64,000 nt of DNA from Planctomycetota bacterium (GTDB lineage Bacteria; Planctomycetota; UBA1135; UBA2386): contig OZ245006.1 in assembly GCA_965223545.1 (NCBI GenBank), forward strand, positions 4,352,001 through 4,416,000, written 5' to 3'. Every line of letters starts with the position of its first letter. Position 1 is the first letter of the stretch. The translations under genes and the position numbers were made by a program. The notes below the pieces were generated by a model. The model searched no databases. It was not told the origin of the DNA and saw nothing but the letters and a program-made list of their open reading frames with translations. Positions 10,242-18,249 of the stretch are shown piece by piece.

Positions 10242-11548
10242 GCCGGACTCGAATCCACCGCGCGGTGCTGGACAACGGCATGCGGGTCCTCGTGGTGCCG
10301 CGTCGCGGGCTGCCGGTCGTCGCGACCACGATGGGATACACGGTTGGATCGCGCGACGAGCGCACCGGCGAGACCGGCCTGTCGCACTTCCTCGAGCACA
10401 TGATGTTCAAAGGAACCGCGCGCTACGCGAAGGGCGAGATCGATCGCCTCACCAGCGTGCTCGGCGGCAGCAACAACGCGTCGACCAGCCAAGACGTGAC
10501 TCTGTACTACTTCGCTCTGGCCGCCGACCGCTGGCAGTGTGCTCTCGAGATCGAGGCGAGCCGGATGACCGGCTGCACTCTGGATCCCGACGAGTTCGCC
10601 GCCGAGAAGAATGTCGTGCTCGAGGAGATGGCGATGGGCGAGGACGACCCGTGGAGCCGGCTGTACCACGCGGTGGAGGCCGAGGCCTATCGGGTCCACA
10701 CCTACCGCCACCCGATCATCGGCTGGCGGCAGGACGTCGAGGGCGTGTCGGTGGACGCGATGCGCGCGTTCTACGAGCGTCACTACGGTCCGAACCGCGC
10801 GTTCTTGGTGGTGGTGGGCGACGTCGCGGCGAAGGAGACCATTGGCCAGGTCGAGCGGCTGTTCGGCGCGCTGCCGCCGTCGGCGGCGCCGCGCGATGAG
10901 GTCAACGCCGAGCCCGCGCCCGGCGGGCCGCGGTTGTGCATCGAGCACTTCTTCGCGCAGACCGACGTGGTGCGGATCGCCATCTGCATGCCGACGTGCC
11001 GCATGGACGAGGACGACGACTACGCCTTGGAGGTCGCCGGCCACGTGCTGGGCGGCGCCAAGTCGAGCCGGCTCTACCGGCGCCTCGTGCTCGAGGACCA
11101 GCTGGCGACCATGGTGTCGGTGTTCAACGAGACGCGGCTCGATCCCGGCTTGTTCTCGGTCGCCATCGAGCTGCGCAGTGGCGTCGATCCGGCCGCGGCG
11201 GAACGCGTCGTCGAAGAGGAGTTCGACCGACTGCGGCGCCGCGGGCCGACGGTGGGCGAGCTGCGGCAGGCGCACACCCAGCTGCGGGCGGCGCATCTGT
11301 TCGAAGCAGAGACCGTGCTCGATCTGGCACAGCGCATCGCGCGCTACGAAGCCGCCGCGGTGGGCGGCAGTGCTGCGATGGACCGCGCCGCCGAGCGTTG
11401 TGCCCTGGTCGGCAAGGCCGAGGTCAAAGCGGTGTTGGCGCGCTATGCCGAACGTCGGCGGTGGACGGTGGCGCGCCTGTTGCCCGAGCCGCCGTCGAGG
11501 TCGGGGCGAACCGGCGGCCGCGGCGCGCGGGAGGTGGCACGGCAATGA
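10238..11548 (+). CDS. M16 family zinc peptidase, catalytic subunit
   Basis: GSRDE...GLSHFLEHMMFKGT (inverted HxxEH), NNASTS, EKNVVLEE; GTGA overlap with the upstream gene. Confidence 0.92.
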   Translation: MSRTRIHRAVLDNGMRVLVVPRRGLPVVATTMGYTVGSRDERTGETGLSHFLEHMMFKGTARYAKGEIDRLTSVLGGSNNASTSQDVTLYYFALAADRWQCALEIEASRMTGCTLDPDEFAAEKNVVLEEMAMGEDDPWSRLYHAVEAEAYRVHTYRHPIIGWRQDVEGVSVDAMRAFYERHYGPNRAFLVVVGDVAAKETIGQVERLFGALPPSAAPRDEVNAEPAPGGPRLCIEHFFAQTDVVRIAICMPTCRMDEDDDYALEVAGHVLGGAKSSRLYRRLVLEDQLATMVSVFNETRLDPGLFSVAIELRSGVDPAAAERVVEEEFDRLRRRGPTVGELRQAHTQLRAAHLFEAETVLDLAQRIARYEAAAVGGSAAMDRAAERCALVGKAEVKAVLARYAERRRWTVARLLPEPPSRSGRTGGRGAREVARQ

Positions 11549-12825
11549 CGAAGACCGGAGCGCGGACGGTGCGGCGCGCGGCGCGCGATGTGCGGCTGCG
11601 AATCGGCGAGCGGCGGCTGGCCAACGGCCTCACCCTGTTGGCGGTGCGCAATCCGCACGTCGCGACGTTTGCGGCGGGTTTGTTCCTCGACGTCGATCGC
11701 CGCGACGAAGGGCCGGGGCAGCACGGCCTCGCCAATCTGGTCGGCGATTGCCTGGACGAGGGCACGGTCAAGCGCGATGACCTGCAGCTGGCGGCGCAGC
11801 TCGACAAGATCGGTGCGACGCTCGACGGGCATTCTTCGGGTGGCACGGTGCAGTGCCCGGCGGAGAGCGCCCGCCGCGGTCTCGGCTTGTTGGTCGAGGT
11901 GGTGAACCAACCGGCCTTTCCGGCCGCCAAGGTGCGCCGCGTCAAGGACGAGATCGTGCAGGAGTTGTTGACCGATGCCGACGACCCGCGCACGGTGGCG
12001 GCCGACCGATTCCGCCAACGGGTGTACGGCCGGCACCCCTACGGTCGTTCGGTGCGGGGGACCGCGCGCGCGGTGCGCGGCTTCTCGCCCGCCGACCTGC
12101 GCCGATTCCACGCGGCGCAGTTTCGGCCCACGCGGGGCTACTTCGCCGCGGCCGGGCCAGCCGCGGTCGACGCGATGCTGGACGAGCTCGAGCGCGCCAG
12201 CCGGGGGATGCGCGGCAGCAAGCCGGAGCGGGCCCCACTGCGCGCTCCAGGTCTGCCGGACGGTGTGCGGGAGGAGCACATCGCGATGCCGCGCGAGCAG
12301 GTGCACGTCTACCTCGGCCACGTTGGCGTCGCGCGCACGCATCCCGATTTCTACGCGTTGTCGGTGATGGACCACATCCTCGGCACGGGCCCGGGCTTCA
12401 CCTCACGCATCGCGCGCAGTCTCCGCGACGAGCAGGGGCTCTGTTATTCGGTGGACGCGAGCATCACTCGGGATGCGCGCGACGAGCCCGGCGTCTTCGC
12501 CGCGTACATCGGGACATCGCCGCAGCACCGGGGCCGCGCGATCGCCGGCTTTCGCGACGAGATGCGGCGGATGCGGGAGACGTTGCCGAGCGAGGACGAG
12601 CTGCGCGATGTGCAGGCATATCTCACCGGCAGCTTTGTCTGGCAGCTGGAGCGCAACGCGAGCCTCGTCCGCTATGCGGTCCGCGCAGCGCACTTTCAGC
12701 TGGGCATGGACTACGTGCGGCGCTACCCGGACCTGATCGGCGCCGTCACGCGGGAAGAGGTGCAGCGCGTGGCAGCTGCGCACCTGCACCCCGAGCAGGT
12801 GGCCATCGTCAGCTGCGGCGGTTAG
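11545..12825 (+). CDS. M16 family peptidase, non-catalytic partner subunit
   Basis: LANGLTL start, HxxEH replaced by NLVGDC, SRIARSLRDEQGLCYSV (R/Y pair); ATGA overlap with the previous gene. Confidence 0.88.
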   Translation: MTKTGARTVRRAARDVRLRIGERRLANGLTLLAVRNPHVATFAAGLFLDVDRRDEGPGQHGLANLVGDCLDEGTVKRDDLQLAAQLDKIGATLDGHSSGGTVQCPAESARRGLGLLVEVVNQPAFPAAKVRRVKDEIVQELLTDADDPRTVAADRFRQRVYGRHPYGRSVRGTARAVRGFSPADLRRFHAAQFRPTRGYFAAAGPAAVDAMLDELERASRGMRGSKPERAPLRAPGLPDGVREEHIAMPREQVHVYLGHVGVARTHPDFYALSVMDHILGTGPGFTSRIARSLRDEQGLCYSVDASITRDARDEPGVFAAYIGTSPQHRGRAIAGFRDEMRRMRETLPSEDELRDVQAYLTGSFVWQLERNASLVRYAVRAAHFQLGMDYVRRYPDLIGAVTREEVQRVAAAHLHPEQVAIVSCGG

Positions 12826-12861
12826 CGTTCGACGACTCACCCGAACCGTTCTCGACGAGCC

Positions 12862-13386
12862 ATGCGCATCTCCCTGTTTTGTCTGGCGGCGCTCGCCATG
12901 CCGCTGATCCAGGATCCACAGCCGCAGGCCGACTCCGTCGCCATCGCAGTCGGCAAGCCAGCGCCGGCGTTTCGCCTCAACGACAGCCAGGGCAAGGCGG
13001 TCGCGATCGGCGGCGCGGCCGGGCACTGGACCGTCCTGGCGTTCTACCCCAAGGCGGCGACCCCGGGTTGAACGAAGGAAGTCTGCTCGCTGCGGGACGC
13101 AGCGGCGAACTTCGAGGAGATCAACACCGTGGTCTACGGCGTCAGCACCGACGACGTCAAAAGCCAGGCCGCGTTCCGCAAGGCGCAGAACCTCGCCTTC
13201 GAGCTGCTGAGCGATGTCGACGCCAGCGTCGCCGCCAAGTACCAGGTGATGATGAACGGGCGCCCCTTTGCCCGCCGCGTCACCTTCGTGCTGGACCCCA
13301 AGGGCATCATTCGGCTGATCGACGACAAGGTGGACGTCAACGCCCACGGCACCCAACTCGCCACCCGCATCCGCGCCCTGCAGTAA
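12862..13386 (+). CDS. Exported peroxiredoxin (BCP/PrxQ family), probable selenoprotein with UGA at 13069-13071 read as Sec
   Basis: The ORF-track fragments 12862..13071 and 13129..13386 are in one frame. Reading through TGA gives FYPKAATPG-U-TKEVCSLRD, the PrxQ motif FYPxxxTPGCTxExC with U at the peroxidatic Cys. Downstream GVSTD, LLSD and RVTFVLDPKG are intact; hydrophobic signal peptide; 174 aa. Confidence 0.88.
13072..13114 (+). promoter_or_regulatory. Putative bacterial SECIS element
   Basis: Upper stem CGCTGCG (13088-13094) pairs with CGCAGCG (13098-13104) around a GGA loop; lower stem GAAGT (13078-13082) pairs with ACTTC (13109-13113). The loop begins about 24 nt after the UGA. Confidence 0.7.
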
Positions 13387-13413
13387 GTACGGAGTCCGGC
13401 TCGATTTTCTCGC
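13383..13413 (+). repeat. REP-like element copy 1 (left copy of 31-bp direct repeat)
   Basis: GTAAGTACGGAGTCCGGCTCGATTTTCTCGC, identical to 13769-13799; contains the peroxiredoxin TAA stop; short hairpin GAGTC-C-GGCTC followed by a T run. Confidence 0.9.
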
Positions 13414-13460
13414 GTGATGGACGTCCGGTTGCCCGTCGCTCTGTCGCCGAGAAGGTTGTC

Positions 13461-13772
13461 ATGCGACGACTCCCGCTCTTCCTCTTGTTCGCGTTCCTCG
13501 TCGGTGTCAGCGGCCAGTCGGCAGCGGCGCAAACTGTGTTGGTCAACGGCGCGCGGCAGGCGCCCGGCACCGTGCAGATGCAGCCCGGCGACACCGTCAC
13601 CGTAATCAACGACACCGGCGACGACGTGACGATCACCTTCCCGGGTCGCCCCCCGCTCGTGAAGATCCTGAAACCCGGCGACCGCTGCACGTTCACCGTC
13701 ACCGGCGGCGGCAGCGGACCCATCACCATCAACGGCGCCGCCGGCACCTGGAAGCTCGTCATCGACCCGTAA
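13461..13772 (+). CDS. Small secreted beta-rich hypothetical protein
   Basis: MRRLPLFLLFAFLVGVSGQSAAAQ signal peptide, then TVLVNG...MQPGDTVTVINDTGDDVTITFPG...LKPGDRCTFTV; 103 aa, host-like codon usage. Confidence 0.75.
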   Translation: MRRLPLFLLFAFLVGVSGQSAAAQTVLVNGARQAPGTVQMQPGDTVTVINDTGDDVTITFPGRPPLVKILKPGDRCTFTVTGGGSGPITINGAAGTWKLVIDP

Positions 13773-13799
13773 GTACGGAGTCCGGCTCGATTTTCTCGC
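13769..13799 (+). repeat. REP-like element copy 2 (right copy of 31-bp direct repeat)
   Basis: Identical to 13383-13413; contains the TAA stop of the small secreted-protein gene and abuts the TAG of the convergent gene. Confidence 0.9.
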
Positions 13800-14791
13800 T
13801 ACAGCTCTCGCGCGAGGCGTCGGGCGCGATCGTTGGACCAACCATGACTGACGATCGCGGCTTCGAGTCCGCAGTCGGGGTGTAGATCGAACGCGCGCCG
13901 GAGTGCCTCGAAGATCCAGTCGGGCTCGTTACCGAAGGCGCCGCCGCCCAAGAGAGTGAGGAACAGCCGCCGGCTCGCGCCGCGGCTGGCATTCAGCATG
14001 GCCGCGCAGATGGTTGCCTCGTAGGCGGCCTCGAGGATCAGCTTCGCGAGCGGTGCCCAAAGCTCCCGTGCGTGAGGCGTGTAGGCGACCGGCATGGCGG
14101 AGCAGTACGCCTGCGACACGACGTGAGAGGCGTCGCCGAGGGTGACTTGGGTGTCCCATTGGATGCCGATCTGCAGCGACTGACGCAGTGCATCGGTCCC
14201 GATCTCGCCGAGGGATGCCAGCTTCCAGTTGATCTCCTGGAGTCCGTTCTCGGTAGGCAGGGCGTAGCCGTTGACCATCTCCCACAGGGCCCCTCCGGAA
14301 TTGCCGAGCAGCTCGCCAATCGCCGCGAGGCAGTCGATTTGTCGGTTGGCGGACTGGCCCGGTTTGCCGTCCACTTCGACGAAGTAGTTCCGATAGATCG
14401 TTCCCGCTCCCGCGGCGATGGCGCAGGACGGCCCTTGTGTGAAGTCTTCCTCGTAGACACCCACCCCGCTCTCCGGCGTCACCATCGGCGACGCCATCTC
14501 CAGCAGGTTGAACTGCGAGGCGACCTGGAACAGTGCACCGCGGTTGCTCGGGTCTTCGTGCAGAGCCCGAACGTCAGCGACGACCTCCTCCGCGGACAAT
14601 GAGACGTCGGGGGGGCGCAAAGCCCGCGCTCGCGCCCTTAGCTCGCGAAGGCTGACCAGCTCCAGCTGTCCGCAGCGCCACTCCCCTCCGTTGGTCGATG
14701 AGCGCAACACTCCACTATCCACCGAGAGCAGCGCGCGCACCTGCTCCGGCGAGTCTTCGCGACACCCGGTCAGCTCTTCGAACCAGGTCAT
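13799..14791 (-). CDS. Conserved hypothetical protein, possible macrodomain/PARG-like fold
   Basis: 330 aa; motifs WFEELTG, ALFQVASQFNLLEM, YEEDFTQGPSCAIA, AAYEAT, LFLTLLGGGAFGN. The GGGAFG loop resembles the macrodomain GxGxFG loop (inference). Confidence 0.75.
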   Translation of the reverse strand: MTWFEELTGCREDSPEQVRALLSVDSGVLRSSTNGGEWRCGQLELVSLRELRARARALRPPDVSLSAEEVVADVRALHEDPSNRGALFQVASQFNLLEMASPMVTPESGVGVYEEDFTQGPSCAIAAGAGTIYRNYFVEVDGKPGQSANRQIDCLAAIGELLGNSGGALWEMVNGYALPTENGLQEINWKLASLGEIGTDALRQSLQIGIQWDTQVTLGDASHVVSQAYCSAMPVAYTPHARELWAPLAKLILEAAYEATICAAMLNASRGASRRLFLTLLGGGAFGNEPDWIFEALRRAFDLHPDCGLEAAIVSHGWSNDRARRLAREL

Positions 14792-14810
14792 GAATCGGGA
14801 GCCCGGAGGC

Positions 14811-15872
14811 TCATTCCGCCAGCAGCTGCACGATCAGAGACTCGAGCTCCGCATCGATCTGTTCAAGGCCGCGCAGCTTTGCCCGGATGCGCCCTCTGCG
14901 ATCGATGACGAAGACCGAGGGCCAGCCGACCGCTCCCACTGCCCACGTTGAAGCGATCGGGCCATCGGTCCCGTCGGGACCATCCCAGAAGTTGCGCCAA
15001 GGCATGCCCACGCGGCGAGCCGTCGCGCGTCCCTGCGCCCGGTCCGGGTCGCCGCACACGCCGATGTAGACCAGTGCTGGATCGGCCAGCGATTGCACCA
15101 GGCGGCGCGCCGTCGGCACGAGCGCCAAGCACGGTTGGCAGAAGGATGTCCAGAAGTCCAAGACGACGACCTTGCCGCGGTGGCTGGCAAGATCGAGCGG
15201 TTCCCCCGCCAGATCCTGCCCCATGGTCGGAGGAGCTTCTGCGCCGAACGCCAGGTCCACGAGCTCACGCCGTTGCGCCCGCGCTCTCGCGCCGACGGTG
15301 TCTCCCTCGCGTCCCCCGGGCACGCGAAGCGCGCCGTACTCGTGCTCGAGCGCGTCGTAGAGCTGTGTCGCGGCATCCCGCTGGGCTGCCGGTAGGGTGT
15401 CCCATCTCCGGTCGATGGCGAGCCGACCGAACGCGCGCGCCGACAAGAGCTCGGCCCGCACGCGATCTTCGGTGGCTGCCGACTGCAGCGTCGCGAGTGC
15501 TCCGTCGTAGTGCATCAGCTCGGCAGCCAAGGCGTCGCCCGCGAGCCCGCGGAAGTCGGGCACGAACTGCCTCGTCAACAGCGAGGACCAGCGCTGCGTG
15601 TCGGAGGCTCGCTCGGCGAGAAGCTCGAGGGCTCGAGTGCGCACCGAACGCGTTGCTCGCCGCGGCCCTTGCTCGCAGAGCCGCGCAACCTCGGTCATCG
15701 CTCGCCAGAATGTCCCCCGCGACCCCTCGATCGCGGACGCGCGCGTGAGCGCGGCGTCCGCGAGAGTGGCGAAGTGCTGGCTCGCGTCGCGTTGTGGCTC
15801 TTGTGCGTGGCCTTGACCGGTCCATGCGATGAAGGCCGCCATGGACCACGTGGAGACCGAGGCTCGCGTCAT
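14811..15872 (-). CDS. TlpA-family thiol-disulfide oxidoreductase (exported)
   Basis: C-terminal GKVVVLDFWTSFCQPC and WPSVFVIDRRGRIR; signal-like N-terminus; ATGA overlap with the upstream gene. Confidence 0.85.
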   Translation of the reverse strand: MTRASVSTWSMAAFIAWTGQGHAQEPQRDASQHFATLADAALTRASAIEGSRGTFWRAMTEVARLCEQGPRRATRSVRTRALELLAERASDTQRWSSLLTRQFVPDFRGLAGDALAAELMHYDGALATLQSAATEDRVRAELLSARAFGRLAIDRRWDTLPAAQRDAATQLYDALEHEYGALRVPGGREGDTVGARARAQRRELVDLAFGAEAPPTMGQDLAGEPLDLASHRGKVVVLDFWTSFCQPCLALVPTARRLVQSLADPALVYIGVCGDPDRAQGRATARRVGMPWRNFWDGPDGTDGPIASTWAVGAVGWPSVFVIDRRGRIRAKLRGLEQIDAELESLIVQLLAE

Positions 15873-17494
15873 CGACGGCCTCCGAAGTCTCGGTCCAGGT
15901 GTCGGACGGTCAGTGGGCATGCCGGGTCGATGCCGTGCTTGCACAGGTCGTTCTTCACGAACAAGGAGAGCTCCAGGATGCGCGACTCTTCGTCGAGTGC
16001 GACCCCGAAGTAGCCGGGCGTGCCGTTCTCGAGGTGGAACACGGCAAGACGGATGGCGCGCTTGGCTCCGCCGACCCGCAGCGGGTCGCTCAGCGCGTGG
16101 AACGCGGTGATCGCACCCCGCGACGGTAGCACGTCCTGCGCCATGAAGTCGAACATGCTGTCGCGGCCGGCTCGCCGGTCGTCATTGGCGAACAGGGCGT
16201 GGTACGCGTCGCGGTCTTCGTCGTTGAAGGCATGCGCCAGCTGGCCGACGACCTGCCAGAGGCGGTCGTCGTCCTCATCGGTTGCGATGCCTTGCTCGAT
16301 CGACTGCGGTCGGCTCTTCGTGGTGAAGTCGGATGTCGGTACCAAGTAGCGATGGCGGAACGCGCGGTCGACGCGAGTGGCGAGCGGCGCGCCGAGGTGA
16401 CCCGGCACGGTCATCAGCACGACGACTGCAGCGTCGTCGTCGGGATACAAGGAAACCTCCGCGTAGCTGCCACCCGCGGAGCCCGCATGCTTGTGCACGC
16501 GCCGGCTGGCCACGTGCTGCCGTTGCCAGCCACAGACCATCGAGTCGTCGTCATCGCCGGGCGCGTGCAGCCGCTGCATCGTCGTGGCGCGCAGCACTCC
16601 ATCGCGGCCGGCCAAGCCGGTCAAGTGCGCCTGTGCGTAGTGCACCATGTCTTCGAGAGAGGCGTGGAGGTTGCCTGCGGGTGCGACGAGTTCGAGATCG
16701 GAGTAGGCCTCGCGCGGCAGCGACGCGAACGCCCCATCACGCTCGACGTGCCCACGCGGCACATCCGGGATGCCCGTGCCCGCGTGCTGCATGCGCAAGG
16801 GCTCGAGCACCAGATCGCGGACCAGATCCTCCCACGCCAGGTCGGTGACGCACTCTGCCATGTGGCCTACAACGGTGTAACTGGCGTTCGAGTAGAGCGT
16901 CGCTGTTCCGGGTGGGACGGCGGGTTGTGTGCCCAGCACATCGCGGACGAACGCCCGCCGCTTCTCCCGTGCCCTGCCCTCGTAGGTGGTGCGCGGATGA
17001 TCGTCCGGACGACTGGTGGTGTACGAGCTCAAGCCGCCGCGATGGCGCAACAACTGCTCGACGGTGACGGGATGGTATTCGGGCCGGATCCCGTCGGAAC
17101 CGAGCACGGCGGCCACGGTCGTTTTCCAATCGAGCTCTCCCCGCTCCACCAGTCGGCCGATGACCAGGGCGGTGAACGACTTCGTCACCGAACCCAGGTG
17201 GACCGGGTCGCGGGTGTCGAAGGTGGTGTCGGAGCCTACGGAGTGCAGGCCGGTCGCTGCCATGTCGAGGACTTCATCTCCGCGCACGTAGGCGGCGGCA
17301 ATCGCCGGAACACCGGCACGTTCGTGGATTGCCGTGAGGAGGTCGTTGAGGGAGGCGTGTGCGCCGATGGCGCCCACCGCGGAAACTCGGTCGGCCACGC
17401 TGCGCGGGGCCTCGGCCTGTGGTGTGCTGGCGTAGGCGGGAGGCAGCGGGCATCCGAGCGGCAGCAAACAAGCAATGAGTGTGCGTCGATTCAT
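15869..17494 (-). CDS. Secreted serine hydrolase (beta-lactamase/AmpC-like family) with C-terminal extension
   Basis: SVTK (SxxK), LLRHRGG, YSN, HAGS motifs; signal peptide. Confidence 0.88.
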   Translation of the reverse strand: MNRRTLIACLLPLGCPLPPAYASTPQAEAPRSVADRVSAVGAIGAHASLNDLLTAIHERAGVPAIAAAYVRGDEVLDMAATGLHSVGSDTTFDTRDPVHLGSVTKSFTALVIGRLVERGELDWKTTVAAVLGSDGIRPEYHPVTVEQLLRHRGGLSSYTTSRPDDHPRTTYEGRAREKRRAFVRDVLGTQPAVPPGTATLYSNASYTVVGHMAECVTDLAWEDLVRDLVLEPLRMQHAGTGIPDVPRGHVERDGAFASLPREAYSDLELVAPAGNLHASLEDMVHYAQAHLTGLAGRDGVLRATTMQRLHAPGDDDDSMVCGWQRQHVASRRVHKHAGSAGGSYAEVSLYPDDDAAVVVLMTVPGHLGAPLATRVDRAFRHRYLVPTSDFTTKSRPQSIEQGIATDEDDDRLWQVVGQLAHAFNDEDRDAYHALFANDDRRAGRDSMFDFMAQDVLPSRGAITAFHALSDPLRVGGAKRAIRLAVFHLENGTPGYFGVALDEESRILELSLFVKNDLCKHGIDPACPLTVRHLDRDFGGRR

Positions 17495-17541
17495 GCTGCG
17501 CACCCTACGAAAGGCTGCGTTGCTGCCTTGTCAAGCCGAGG

Positions 17542-18249
17542 TTAAGTCCGCCAATCCGGTACCCCTTCGAGGACGAACTTGTACCCCACTCCGCGGATCG
17601 TGCGCAGGTACGTGGGGCGCTTGCGATCGGGTTCGAGCTTCTCGCGCAGCCAAGCGACGTGGACGTCGACGGTTCTCGTGCGCGGTGTCATCGGATAGCC
17701 CCACACGTCACGCAGGATGCGATCGCGCGACAGCGCGACGCCGGCGTGATCCAGAAAGTACAAGAGGAGCTGGAGCTCCATCGCCGCGAGCTCGACTTCG
17801 CGGCCGCGACGCAAAACGACCAGGCCACGGCGATCGACTTCCACGTCGCCAAAGCGCACGGTTGGTGTCGGGTCCGAGGGTGTCGTGCGGCGGAGCAGTG
17901 CTTCGATGCGCGCCAGGAGTTCGCCCGGATCGAACGGCTTGACGAGGTAGTCGTCGGCGCCCAAGTGCAGGCCGGCGATGCGGTCCTCGACCGTGCCGCG
18001 CGCGGTGAGCATGAGGATCGGGGCGCGCACGCCACGCGCACGCAACCGCCGACAGACTTCGAACCCGTCCATCTGTGGCAGCATCACGTCGAGCAGGATC
18101 AGGGCATGGGTACCGTCGAGCGCGTGGTTCAAACCGGTTTCCCCGGTGGTCGCCGCCTCGACGATGAAGCCTTCGCGCTGTAGGCGGTCTTCGAGTGTGA
18201 GCACCAGGCCGGGCTCGTCCTCGACCAAGAGGATCTTGCCACGGCTCAC
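17542..18249 (-). CDS. OmpR-family response regulator
   Basis: ILLVEDE, LLDVMLPQMDG, GADDYLVKPF, winged helix RTVDVHVAWLREKLE...TIRGVGYKF. Confidence 0.95.
   Translation of the reverse strand: MSRGKILLVEDEPGLVLTLEDRLQREGFIVEAATTGETGLNHALDGTHALILLDVMLPQMDGFEVCRRLRARGVRAPILMLTARGTVEDRIAGLHLGADDYLVKPFDPGELLARIEALLRRTTPSDPTPTVRFGDVEVDRRGLVVLRRGREVELAAMELQLLLYFLDHAGVALSRDRILRDVWGYPMTPRTRTVDVHVAWLREKLEPDRKRPTYLRTIRGVGYKFVLEGVPDWRT

Noticed and set aside
10238..12825. Second M16 gene lacking HxxEH read as a pseudogene
   Set aside because: Active plus inactive tandem pairs are the normal M16B heterodimer arrangement.
13069..13071. Genome-wide UGA reassignment or a simple nonsense pseudogene
   Set aside because: TGA is the normal stop for many genes here (rapA, groEL, kynB). 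The position at the catalytic Cys plus the hairpin favours Sec, although a nonsense mutation is not formally excluded.
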